Below are positions 1 through 11,945 of a stretch of DNA of 64,000 bases, piece after piece. Position 1 is the first letter of the stretch. Every line of letters starts with the position of its first letter. The position numbers and the translations under genes were made by a program. This DNA is from Camelus dromedarius. Taxonomy: Eukaryota. The stretch is taken from contig NC_087437.1 in assembly GCF_036321535.1 (NCBI RefSeq), positions 14,820,001 to 14,884,000 on the forward strand. The letters run 5' to 3'. The notes under the pieces were generated by a model. That model did no database searches. It saw nothing but the letters and a program-made list of their open reading frames with translations, and was not told where the DNA came from.

Positions 1-12
1 CAAAAGCACAAG

Positions 13-139
13 AAATCTTTCCATTTCTTTGTATCATCTTCAATTTCCTTCATCAATGTTTTACAGTTTTCAGAGTATAGGTAACCTCCTTGGTTAAGTT
101 TATTTCTAGGTATTTTGTTGTTTTTAATGCAATGGAAAT
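13..139 (-). mobile_element. LINE-1 ORF2 fragment
   Basis: Resembles antisense L1 ORF2 (tctttccatttctttgtatcatcttcaattt...ccttggttaagtttatttctaggtatttt), by recall. Confidence 0.65.
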
Positions 140-205
140 GTTTATGCCAATGATAAAATTCTGATTTTTGGAGTGAAGGGCCACAAATATCCTTCTTTTC
201 TATGG

Positions 206-601
206 GGTAACAACTACAGGAATCCTGGGAATTGCTGCTAATATTGGGGCAGTCCTATCTCCCATCATCATGATCCTAATGATGTATTCTCCCCACCTGC
301 CCTGGATCATCTATGGAGCCTTCCCCATCGTCAATGGTCTTGTTGGCCCACTCTTTCCTGAAACCAGGAATCAACCTCTGCTTGACTCCATCCAAGATGT
401 GGAAAAGGAGAGAAGAGGTTCAAGAAAAGCAAAGCAGGAAGATACCTTCATAAAACTGAGAGTTTTAAGGAATTCCAGTAACTAACTGCTGATTCAAGAG
501 CAAAATAAAAGAAAAAATGAGATAATGCCTAGAAACTGGGGAATTTTATAAAATAAATGCATGAACATATAGTGGAAAAACAGGAAAAAAAAAAAAAAAA
601 A
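206..601 (+). pseudogene. Retrocopy fragment of an SLC22A9/10/24/25-like organic anion transporter (last two coding exons, 3' UTR, poly-A)
   Basis: Frame from 207 reads [83 protein letters not shown], with the OAT-family TM11-12 and LPWIIYG / [16 protein letters not shown] motifs. AATAAA at 552-557, A17 at 585-601. Confidence 0.85.
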
Positions 602-1005
602 GGCCCAGCAGATTCAAGAAAAACTTTTACCTCTCCCTTGACTACCTATAAGAATTCAGATAGGGGACCTGGCCTAGAAAGAGCACGGCTACCAGAGACA
701 GCTTTTTATGTGAAAGACCCATCTGTATGGCAGGGCAAACATCTAATTACCAAACATCTGCTCTTATCATCCTGTGAATCAGCCTTCTGCCCTCTGAAGC
801 CTCAAGCTCCTATCCCATTCCTAGCTCAGGATGAGATGTAAGCCTCATCTGCCCAACTTACCCTTGGATCTCATTTTTTTTTTATGGTGCTCCCTTTAAC
901 AAAATTAAGTTTTGTTTTTCTCCTGTTAATCTGTCATATGTCAATTTGATTCTTAGACCGGCCAAAGAACCTAGAAGGGAATGAGGGAAAATTTTCACCC
1001 CTACA
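602..1005 (+). mobile_element. ERV1-type LTR, 5' part missing
   Basis: 3' end ...tctcctgttaatctgtc...gaacctagaaggg...aaattttcacccctaCA is typical of ERV1 (MER34/39-like) LTRs by recall. Confidence 0.65.
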
Positions 1006-1019
1006 GCCTACTCTCCTGG

Positions 1020-1358
1020 GGTAAGTGAGAAGGGTTTAATGAAGAATGCTCCAAGACAAGGTTAAGGTAAACCAACAAGGAATGGCGCAGTATCATGGGG
1101 TGAGCTGAGAACTGAGTTCTGGGAGGGGTGCCCACACACAAAAGCCATCATCAATACAAGAATGCAGCTAATGAAAATCCACAAGGAGGGAGGGTGGCAG
1201 TCAGAATACATCATCCATCTCCCTCTACTGCCCCACTCCAACGTCCTGCTAGTGCTTCCCATCACCAGAAGGTAAGTGAGCCCAGTGATGTGGGCCACAG
1301 AGCAAGGCCAAGAAGGATGTGGAATAAACCCAGAGGGACAAACAGAGTAACCAATGCG
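1020..1358. mobile_element. Old ERVL-type LTR remnant (LTR33-like)
   Basis: Degenerate similarity, including the ...gggccacagagcaagg...cagagggacaaacagag end. Confidence 0.35.
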
Positions 1359-1950
1359 ATCATTCAAAAATTATGAGTGTATACAAAGATTTAACTACAA
1401 GGAGATCCATCACATCATTGTTTGTAAAAGCAAAAATATGGAAATGACCTAAATGTTACAAAGGGAAAAAAATTGTTATCCACATGAGGGCAGAGATGAT
1501 CTTGCCCATTTTCGTATATAAACTGCAGCACCTGGAATAATGTCTTGCTTAGAAAATATTCCTTAAACATTAAAAATGCTAGTGTGGGGGTATGCTTATG
1601 GACATGGAAAGATGTTCGTAATTTAGTTTAAAAAAACAGGTTACAAAATAATGTGGTAATGATCCCATTTTGTTTGATAGCTAGCTACACAGATAGACGA
1701 TGCAGGTTTGGAAAAACATACATGGAGATGGTCACAGTAATTAATGATGCTCTAAGGGAGGCTGTTTTGTTCTGTTTGATTTGTTTTTATGTTTCATTTT
1801 CTGATTTTGCTGTAATGAAAACAAATTGCCTTTAAAATAAGAAAATATAGCTTTTTTTCAGTTTTATTTATAAAAAAAAAATTTACAACCTGGAATAGTC
1901 ATGACACTGAATACCATTCACACTACCTACATAATTATATGCATTAATAC

Positions 1951-2088
1951 CTCGACAATGCCTGACTCGTGTCTTTGCTGGATTTTCTTCCTCCATCTCA
2001 TTGCCGCAAGTGCTAGTTTTCGTTGCTGTGCGCTGATTCCAGTCAAAACATCAAGTATGGAACTACTTCCCCATTCATAGTCTTCTTC
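1951..2088 (-). CDS. TOPBP1: TOPBP1 exon 25 (138 nt)
   Basis: [46 protein letters not shown]; tag acceptor, gtatta donor. Confidence 0.95.
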
Positions 2089-2858
2089 CTACAGAAGTAG
2101 CCCAACAAACTTTTGAGTTCCTACAATATATCCTGAAGGAGGCCACAATCTATGAGAGTTATAAAAGCTACACATTCAATTCCTATAAATAAAAAGACTA
2201 CTGAGTAAGCATCAGTTTATGAGCATGGAGGAAATGTAGATTAATTTGGCTTCATGTAAGAGTCAAGTACATTGGTTTTAATTAGAAATCAGAAAATTAT
2301 TGCATACTTTTCTAAGAAACACATTTAACTACATCTTAGCAACTGGTAATATTTAAGATCATTAGGCTTCACCTACTGCAAGATGAACTTCACAGAAGGA
2401 CCTGGTGTCAGAGGAGATCTATATTAACAGCTTGATTACCTGTCTATAGAAGAGATCCCTAAGGGATCTTGATTGAAAACTTCAAAAACTACATGATAGA
2501 TATTACTGTGAAAGTTAGTTAGGAACCAAAATATTTCAAGTCACTAGTTAGTATTTTATGGATTGGCAATAAAGATAAAAGCTTATGAGATAATCCTGAA
2601 ATTTTCTAATGTTATTTCAATTAAAAAAAATCCATTCAAATTATAGTAAATAAAACTGATATAACTAAGAATCTGCATCTATGATCCTCAAATTTTTCTG
2701 CTTTAACTATTAACAGGAACCTTATAAAATTAGTATAATTTAATTGGTCATATCTGGTTATTTCAATTACATGAACAGTCACTATATGTACTGGAACCAA
2801 TTATTAAGATGTTTACTTTTAAAGAAAAATCACCCTTCACATTAATTTGAATACACAC

Positions 2859-3022
2859 CGGCACGAAGCGCCCAGCAGTCCTGCATGCTTCAAGGTAGGA
2901 GCGATGAAGCACCCATTTCCCAGCTGCCACTGAGCCTAAATACTTCTCGTTTCGAAGCGGATGTCCCACAACAATGTGTGTACAGCTGGGATCAAAGCAC
3001 TGCTTCTCAATCACTAATCCAC
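2859..3022 (-). CDS. TOPBP1: TOPBP1 exon 24 (164 nt, BRCT7)
   Basis: [54 protein letters not shown]; aag acceptor, gtgtgt donor. Confidence 0.93.
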
Positions 3023-4773
3023 CTTAATTAGAGAAAAATTGGTACTTTATTGATTCTTAAATTTTTCCTCAGAAAAATGTATCTCAACTATTCATAGAAA
3101 TTACTTATAAACAAAATGCCCCCAAAAACCCCAAAACCCTTGACTGACAATTATTTTCTTTACAAATTTTTTTAATAACATAATGTTTATTATGAAAATT
3201 TAAAACACAAAAGTAGATAAAACAGTAAAATGAATCTCCATACACTGGCTACCTAGGTTCTAAAATTATCAAAGTTTTGCCATCTTTACTTGAATCTAAC
3301 CCCCTTTCCTGCTTAACCATTTTAAAGCAAATATAAGACATCATCTGACTCTACTCCTATGTATTCAGTATGCATCTCTAAAATATATGGAAATTTTCTT
3401 ATACAGCTATAATGCCATTATCAGATCTATTATAGGTAACAAAAATTCCTTCCTATCTCAATAGTAAATCTTCACTTTCCTGCTTCTCTGCAATTGGTTT
3501 GTTACAATTAAGATATAAAAAGAAATAGACTACAAAGGCCACAAACTGCAGTTGGTCATTACACCTGTTAAGTCTCTCTCAACTACCTTAGCAAATTTCA
3601 AGCACTGAATATATATAACCAGGGAGATGGAGGTCAAAAGGAAGTATCTACAGCTAAAAGCAAAAGAGATTTTTTGTGAGTGGAAATAAGGTCAGTAGAT
3701 CAACACAGACACTCGGGAGCAAAACACACACTAGGTAAACAGAGATGAAGGAGCAGGTGGGAGCTGAACCCTCCTCTCAGATATGTATGTATGAAGTCTG
3801 ACTTTGAGGAAAGAAGGCATAAGGAAATATAAGCTTATGTAAAGCATGGCTTTTGGTTTATACTTTAGAGGTTAACCTGATTACTGGTTAGACAGAGCTG
3901 TATTAAGGACTTCCTAAGATTTCAACAAAACATTGGATCTCATGCTTTACAGAGGTCTCTGATGATAATAGCAGCCAAGACTTTCTGAGCACTTACTGCA
4001 AATATGCCAGGGACTAAAGAAAGTGCTCCAGATTATTAACTCATTTAATCCTCACAACTCTATGAAGGTATGTTACTGTTATTATCTGCAATTTACACAT
4101 GAGGACGTAGGTAGAGTAACTCACCCAGGATCACAGTGACGAAAGGACAAGAAGGTAAAAATTCCATTATTAATATCAATATCTAATTCTATGTAACAAA
4201 TTTATACTGTGATCCAGACAACATAATGGATTTATTTATGTACAGCAGTTGGGCAGCTGGCGATAGTTGCTTCATTTATACAATGAAGGGTTTCTTTGCA
4301 TTCTAGTATCAAAAACCCTCTAGTCACAGACTCCCAGTTCCAGCAGTCTGTACCCATCTGCCTCTGCACTCTGTCCTCCTCTAGATAAGTCTCCGTTAGT
4401 TGCTACTACTCTTGCCAACAGTTTACAGAGATGGAACAAACTGTAGGAGACAGACATGCGAAAGCATTCCATTTTGGTGAGCTCTAGGTAAAGCTTAGCA
4501 ATTCTAACTTATAGCTCCAACATAAAGTGTTCTATGTGAGTAAAGTTTCCATGAAACATAGCTTATCAAGAGTACAACTGTATCTAATAGAAACCTAAAA
4601 AAAAAAAGTATATCATGGTTCTCCACATACTTAAAAGGGTAGCACTAAATGATACTAAATCTTTCTTGATGACTCAGGGCCACTATTATAAAAAACCATT
4701 ATTTCTTAATGTTTTCTATGTATAAAGCTATCACATTAAGTTCTCTTCCTATGATGTTCTTAACTCTATAGGG

Positions 4774-5091
4774 CTGCTCTGTCCAATACAGTAGCCTTTA
4801 GCCACGTATGGCTACCTAACACCTGAAGCACAGCCAGTCCAAACTGAGATATGCTAGAAGGGTAAAATAGATCCCAGATTTCAAAGACTCAGCAGGAAAA
4901 AAAGGTAAAATATCTCACTCTCTCACATATTTTATGCAAATTACATGCTGAATATATTTTGCATATACTAGGTTACATAAAATATGTTTAAAATTAATTT
5001 CACTTGTTTCTTTTTACTTTTAAACAGGTAGCTACTAGAAAGCTTCCAGTGACATATGTGGCTCATATTCCATTTCTACTGGACAGTGCTG
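4774..5091. mobile_element. MER33-like hAT-Charlie MITE
   Basis: Terminal inverted repeats ctgctctgtccaata...tactggacagtgctg, ~320 bp, internal tagccac.tggcta motif. Confidence 0.7.
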
Positions 5092-5383
5092 CTCGGAGTG
5101 GCTTCCAGAATGGTGTCTGACGGAGCAGCACAAGAGATTCTCAAATCATAATAGTTGGTTTCAATCTAAAGCTTTAAATCCCATGACCCAGTGACTTTAG
5201 ATTTAGATTAGAGCTTTATAAAATCAAAGTTCCAGTGCTGACTCAATGTACAGCCTTAGACAAGTTACCTGTCTTTTTAATCTCAATTTCTACAGCTTAC
5301 AAATGATATCAATATCAGCCACATCTGACTTCCAAATAAGGTTAATATATGGGACATTTTTGACCTAAGGAAAATACTTGTAC

Positions 5384-5495
5384 CTAGTTTTTCAATCAGA
5401 TGACAATAATCGATACGTTCTTGAGGATTCAGAGATGACAGCTGAAATGTGTACTGTTTTTTTAAGTCTTCATTGGTCTCCTCTATCGTTATAAT
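5384..5495 (-). CDS. TOPBP1: TOPBP1 exon 23 (112 nt)
   Basis: [37 protein letters not shown]; cag / gtacaa sites. Confidence 0.95.
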
Positions 5496-5728
5496 CTGGA
5501 ATGGAAGAGTTTATTTTAGAAAAAATTAACGTAAAAAAAGTTATCAGGTATACAATTCTTTTATATTGACATTTTAGTCTTCTGAGTTATCAAATACAGA
5601 AATAACAAGAGAGTACAAAGAAATGTAGCTTTCAACATTTGATGAATCCTTGATATCATCAACAAATTCTGAACACAGCAAAACAGCAATATCCAAAAGC
5701 CTTATCACCATACTGAGGATAAACAAAC

Positions 5729-5898
5729 CTCTTCTCTAGGGTGTGGAGCCACAGGCGGGTTGGCCAGAGGGAAGGCAATGCTGGGAGCCTGCGGTGTAGG
5801 GATCAAGTGGCTGTCTTTCATGGGAGTTTCCACTTCTTCAGCGATCGGGCGTTTTGCGGCTTCTTCAGTCACACACGCGTTTCCAGGATCACAGACAG
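5729..5898 (-). CDS. TOPBP1: TOPBP1 exon 22 (170 nt)
   Basis: [57 protein letters not shown]; cag / gtttgt sites. Confidence 0.95.
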
Positions 5899-6747
5899 CT
5901 GAGGGCAAAAAAAAAAAAAAAAATGCTGCTGTGTGATGTTACCCAAATATGACTAGGAACAAATTCTGGGAAATATTCTCATCTGTCTTAGCCAAGATAC
6001 AGTTAAACATAAATTCTGGAATGTAAAAAGAACATGCAAAAGAAGTAGCCTATTTCTAGAGCTTATAAATAAGTGCAATTGATTAGCTTTAAAAGGGAAA
6101 ATGGTGTTACCCATGGGCTTCTCTAGCCGTTTCTTTAAATACCACGCTTTCACTGGTAAAATGTAACCTAAATTTTAAAAATGAGAGCAATTCCACACTT
6201 GGAGAAAGCCAAAAGCAGAGATAAATCCATATATCTAGTGTAGAGGAAAAATCATGGGATGTGAAAGAGAAGGGAGGTAGGGGAGAGATGACCAAAAAGA
6301 TGAAAGATAGGGAGCATTCTGCTTTCAAGGTAAAGCCCAAGGAAAGAAAAAACAGGGAATTCAGAGAAACTCATACAAATTCAATGAACAAATGTAGGTA
6401 TGTGTTGGGTGAAATTTAGAAGAAGACTTAAAATGAAAACAAGGTGACTGGGAGAAAAACTAAGCATTAACTACACAAATGCAAAAAAGACTGGAAAAGG
6501 TCTGGGAAAAAAAATTCCTAATCTCGATCTCCAAATTTAAGAATGAAATACCTTTTTTCAATTTACTGATAAATTACCTCAATTTATAATTATTTTTCTG
6601 ACTTTTAAAAGTTTAAATTAAATCAGAAACATCTGATTTTGAAGTTTTTCGTTTGTATGTACAATTCAGAGATCACAAGATGCTTATCTGTTTAAGAGGT
6701 CAACATGTACTTAATACAAACAAGTAAGTAGATTTCTTTCTCATTAC

Positions 6748-6968
6748 CCTGTTCAGCAATTTTTGAATCATGTAAAGGCTCCTGGAAAGGAGAATCCTCC
6801 AACTGTTTGACGTCAACCTGAAGCTCAGAGTACTGTGTGGGACAACTAGGCCACTGCAAATTGCTGGCGAGCCTTGCTCTCTCCTCCCTGGCTGTAGGGT
6901 CGTCCCAAATGATCTGTTCATTTTGGGAGGGCTCTGTGTTGACATCAGGTACTGTCTGACGAGACTGC
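6748..6968 (-). CDS. TOPBP1: TOPBP1 exon 21 (221 nt, core of ATR-activation domain)
   Basis: [39 protein letters not shown]...; the essential Trp codon is at 6905-6907 (codon 1145 of the assembled CDS). Confidence 0.97.
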
Positions 6969-7313
6969 CTAAGAAATGAAAGTGACAGTTTTAACAAACA
7001 GCCATAGTAAAATCCACACTTGTAAATTCCCTAAGCTCGACTGTAAATTAGTGGTGCACTTTTACATGCCTCCCATCTAGCACACAATAAACACTTGAAA
7101 ACATTTATTGAATAAATAAAGCTTGGGAAGTTTTTTCTTTTTAAAAATGTTTCTCCCAGAAACTTACCTGTTTTACTTAGAAAATAAAACACGTATTTTG
7201 ACTAAATGTCCAAATATTTAAAATTTCAAAGGGGAAAGTTTACTGTCAAGAAAAATTTTTAAAAATTGTGGAATGACTGCTGAGTTTAAAAAGAGGATTG
7301 CTCTTAAACTTAC

Positions 7314-7582
7314 AGTCACCAAAGGTGAAAAGTGGGGGAGGGATAAATTAGGAGCTTGGGATTAACAGATTTACACACTATTATATATAATAGTGATGTA
7401 TATAAAATAGATGAACAACAATGTCCTAGTGTACAGAACAGGGAACTACATTCAGTACCCTGCAATAACCTATAATGATAAAGAGTAGGAAAAAGAATAT
7501 ACATATGTATAACTGAATCACTTTGCTGTACACCAGAAACTATCACAATACTGTAACTCAACTACATTTGAATTTAAAAAAA
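7314..7582 (+). mobile_element. 5'-truncated L1 3' end (artiodactyl type)
   Basis: gggataaattaggagcttgggattaacaga...ctttgctgtacaccagaaac...; flanked by imperfect repeats ggattgctcttaa / ggatttctcttaa. Confidence 0.8.
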
Positions 7583-8227
7583 GGGGGGGATTTCTCTTAA
7601 CCATATAGGGTTAGGGAAACATAGTAATGTTCGGAAACCTAGTGACTTTGTTTACCAGTCAGTAGTTGTATACTTACCACTTGAAATAACCATAAGTACA
7701 CAGGAAGCACAATGTTTACAGGCTGCCTTAAAAGAAGGTCCTTGTGGCTACTGGTAATCAAACCTCCCAGAGTCCAATAGTGAGCTAGAGTGAAGTGTGT
7801 TTTATGGTGTAACTTTAACAACTCCACTGGGAAGTAAAGATAACCCCAAGTACTTTCCTTCAATGTATGTACTGAGTATTTCCATGTATATACACAATGG
7901 ATTCTTAGTAAAAATAATCTGCCAAATCTGATGATATTCCCGGAGTTCATTTGCCTCAAATACAAGGAAGACAGCCTAAATACTCTCAGAGAATATTTAC
8001 TTACTCTGACTTTGTACAAGATTTAGGCTCTCTCTAATGATAAAACATGATCTGAAGAATATTAAACAAAAAGCCGTTTTTGCTCAGTATTCAGATAAAG
8101 AACTGGCCTCATGAAAGATAGAGTTAAAGTAAGATAAATGCATAGTTCAATTAATCAGTTCAAGATATAAGTAGTATAACACTCATCACACAATCAGAGA
8201 TTTTTCTATGAAATAAAAGATGAAGTT

Positions 8228-8394
8228 GATCGCCCCTCTCTCTCCCTCTTCGGAGACGGCCCACATTCTGTCTATGGAGGGTGTACTTACTTTTAATCTG
8301 AGCACCCAACCCACACCTCATGGCCTTTCTCTTGCCTTTCAATGTATCTCTCTGAATAAATCTACCTTCACTCAAAAAAAAAAAAAAAAAAAAA
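8228..8394 (+). mobile_element. Polyadenylated ERV-LTR U3/R fragment (L1-mobilised)
   Basis: LTR-like sequence, AATAAA at 8355-8360, A21 at 8374-8394, direct repeat atgaagtt at 8220-8227 and 8394-8401. Confidence 0.65.
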
Positions 8395-8786
8395 TGAAGT
8401 TATGCTACTGAACTTAGTTAAGTCACAGCACACCAAGATCTGTAATCACTTTTCCTAGAAGATAGGAAAGAGAATACAAAATGCATGTAGTTCCAATAAG
8501 AAAGAACTGCTTGAATTTTTATATATTATGTATTTATTATTAATATTATTTAATACTAAGAACACAGGACTGTCCACGGAATCCACTTCAAACAAGGCAA
8601 ACTGGATCTTAAAATCATTTCTTTCTCAGGGGAGGTAGTAAAATGTATTAATCATGCCTCACTGGAAGCAGGTGTTTCATATGGAACAAACCTCTGCTCC
8701 CTGTCCCCAAGTAAGAATTCTACAACTGCCTGGAACAAAGGAGGGAAGGAGGAAAAACTGTTCCGCCACCAGTGACCGGCGCATAC

Positions 8787-8979
8787 CTCAGTGCCTCCAG
8801 GACTCGGCTTCGTCCGCTGCGGGCAGAGCGCGTGCTGTCAGGGGTTGAAGAGGCACTGTTACAACCACTTCTTGAAAGCGAAGCCCTCTGCCCTTGGGGT
8901 TTCACTATTGACGTTGCAGACATTATCTCCTGCAGCTGCTTTTGGAAGTTCTCTCTCATCTCCAAGGTCTGTGTCAGAG
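8787..8979 (-). CDS. TOPBP1: TOPBP1 exon 20 (193 nt)
   Basis: [65 protein letters not shown]; aag / gtatgc sites. Confidence 0.96.
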
Positions 8980-10278
8980 CTTGCAAACAAAAACACACCA
9001 ATCAAGGTATGTTCTTCCTTTTTGTTACACTCATTCACATTAACTACTTTGTGTAGATTTGGCTGAACACAGATTTATTAACTTGACATTCACTGAATAC
9101 TTGCTGTAGGCTACAGTAACGTACTAAGACTACAAAAACTGCAGAACGTGAAGGCAGCCCTCCCTATGAGGACTGCACAGCTTCGAAGACGCTCGGCTAA
9201 GACCTGCAGTTATCAAACTTTTGTAGAGTTCCCTGCCTGCTTTTCACCTTATCATGTTCTGTCTTACACCGTGAGGTACATTACAGTCGTTTTATGTATG
9301 TGATTTCCCCCTACGGTCCTCAAAACTACAGACCACAACATATTTATCTTTGGTTTCCCTATAGACTAAAAACTGAAGAAGGTACTAAATGAACATTTTT
9401 GGAATGAACAGAGTGGGACTAACTAAATAGGTAAGTCAAGATAGGGAGAGCTCTGCTAGGGCAGGAAAAATAAGGAAATTAGAAAATATTAATCCATTAA
9501 AAAGAGGACACTGATAGGTATAAGATTACACATTGCAGCACTCTTCATAACAGTAAAAAATTAGAAATAACCCACACGCCCATCAACAAGGGACTGGGTA
9601 AATGAAGGGGACCATTCATACTGTGAGTACCACACAGTGGCCAAAAAAGGGGAGAAGACTGAAGAAGCTCCTTATATACTAATATGACACTCCACGAGTT
9701 GAACTGTTAAATAAAAAGATCAAGATCAAGTATAAAACAGCATATATAGTAATCCACCACCTATGTATTTTTTAAAAAGTGGAGAAGGAGAAAACATATA
9801 TGTTGATGACTGTGTATGCGTGAAACAGCTCTAGAAGGACCCATAGGAAAATAATATCAGAAGGGTGGGAGAAACTCTTCACACCTCCTTCCATATCTTT
9901 AAAACCATGTGAACTTATGTTAAAATATACTGTACATGCAATAAAACTTTCTGAAAACTATTGGAAAGAACTGAACCAAAGAACAAATTTTTGAAAAGAA
10001 CTGCCAACCCCGCCTACTTTAACAGACTAGGGCTGTATCACACTAACTCTGCAAAACACCTGGTTCCACAAATTTCAAGTTTCACACTTAAATCACTTAA
10101 AGCTTTGCCAAGTATTACTTAAATAACTGGAACCTTAATTCAACCCTTAAATATATGCTTTAATTGTATTTAGCAACATAAAAAATAAGTTTACTCTTCC
10201 ATCTGATACAAAGGAAGCATTCTATATGAAAGACAGGTATTTATAAAAAATTTGGGGGGGTAATTCAAAATATTTTAC

Positions 10279-10381
10279 CTCCTTTACATTCATTCCTTCC
10301 ATATCCATTTGATGTTGCTGATTCTTTATTATTGGTGGTCATACTGTCTACATCATTTTCTTCTAAAGGCAAATCATCTGG
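10279..10381 (-). CDS. TOPBP1: TOPBP1 exon 19 (103 nt)
   Basis: PDDLPLEENDVDSMTTNNKESATSNGYGRNECKG; tag / gtaaaa sites; frame is consistent. Confidence 0.92.
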
Positions 10382-10495
10382 CTATTGAAGGAGAAAAATG
10401 AGAATTTCTCAAACCAAGCCTGGTATAAGGTTTCACAGCAATATATAATACATTCAGCTTAAAGCAGGGGTGAACGTGCCATCCACAGTATCTAC

Positions 10496-10642
10496 CTCAT
10501 CGTCCTTTGTTGTTGAGTCAGCTGAGAGCAGTCGATTATTACAGACTCTGCCATCTTGCACTGCACTGATATCCAAGCTCATTTTGGGGTTATAAGTATG
10601 TGGATAAAGAGATTCAGGAAGATGTTTATACTCTTGGGCACA
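10496..10642 (-). CDS. TOPBP1: TOPBP1 exon 18 (147 nt)
   Basis: CAQEYKHLPESLYPHTYNPKMSLDISAVQDGRVCNNRLLSADSTTKDDE; cag / gtagat sites. Confidence 0.95.
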
Positions 10643-11242
10643 CTGCAATACAATGGTGTGCTTTAAAACAGGACTGAAAAAAAATCTTAGTGAACAAACG
10701 ATGTTAAGTAGGATAAAGAAAACCAATACGTTATGTTCTAAGGTGGCAAAAGTTCACAAAATTAAAGCTTTGAAAAGCACCTGCCACTTAAAAAGTCCAT
10801 CATACAAATAACAATTAAACTGTCTTCATTTTTCAGTGTCCTGGCCACTAAAGTATAAAATCTAATTCTATTTCTATGCTTTTGCCAACATATCAATCAC
10901 ACTCCAGGGAATATTCAGAAAGAAAAGAAAAGGAAAGAAGAAAAACATTTCTAAACTGCATTGGCATGCTAAACTAATTCTCCCCAAATTATTATAAAGT
11001 ATTCTTTCATATCATTTTTAATTAGTGAAAAGAACTGGAGAATCAGAAAGAGCACCCGTTAAAGACTCTTTATGCATTTAAGGATTAAAGATCTTACATT
11101 TTGGATGCCAAAGAAATGAAATGTGCAATTTAACTAAGGTTATCAAACTTGTTTACATATAGAGAAATGGGTTTGTGACTTGAAATACTGTTTGTATACA
11201 TTTTCAGTTAACATGGACAGGAGGGAAAAAAGTACTGCTTAC

Positions 11243-11366
11243 TTCTAAAAGCCAGTGCTCTGAAACAACATGTATCCCTCTTTCTTTTACAGATTTATAT
11301 TCTCGATTGGTGTCATTTGGTCGCCCTTGATAAATGAAATGAGTCACTGTCTCATCAAAACTCCAC
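11243..11366 (-). CDS. TOPBP1: TOPBP1 exon 17 (124 nt, BRCT6)
   Basis: [41 protein letters not shown]; cag / gtaagc sites. Confidence 0.96.
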
Positions 11367-11729
11367 CTGAAACAACCAAATACAAAAAATTGAATAACTG
11401 AAGTATCTACGTTAGTTTAAGATCACTATTACTGTCTACTGTGACCTTCACAAAACTTTTAAGAACCAGAGTAAGCAAAAACATTACATGACAGGCTCCA
11501 ATTTCACTGTCAAATTTTATACATATATCTCTAGGTATATAAACACTAGGAGATGTTTAGAAGGATATTCTTTAAAATATTACTTTCTTCTGTATTCTAT
11601 TCTGAACTGTTTCAGTTTTCTCTTTTGTCGTATCACTTTATGGTAACAATAAATGTATTTCAAATTAATGAAATGGCAACGCACCCACTCTGCCTACCAG
11701 CTGTCGGCTGTCACTGTTCACTGTACATT

Positions 11730-11945
11730 TGCTCTGTGCCCCATAATAGACTATGTACTTTACACATGATTATTTCATCCATTCCTCACAACAATCCTAA
11801 AGCACTGGTATTATTTTATCCATTTAACAGATAAGAAAACTGAAGGACATGGTTAAAGCAACATGTTCGAGGATATTCAGTGAGTTAAGCGGTAGTGAAG
11901 TCAGTTTTGACTTCAAGACCCACACTCTTAGCTATTATATTGTGC
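11730..11945. mobile_element. MIR SINE
   Basis: MIR core ttattttatccatttaacagataagaaaactgaag. Confidence 0.6.

Noticed and set aside
270..485. Functional SLC22-derived small protein
   Set aside because: Only the last ~2 transmembrane helices are present, with a decayed acceptor, a frameshifted C-terminus and no evident promoter.
557..841. 94-aa ORF with poly-Lys
   Set aside because: It reads through the retrocopy poly-A into LTR sequence.
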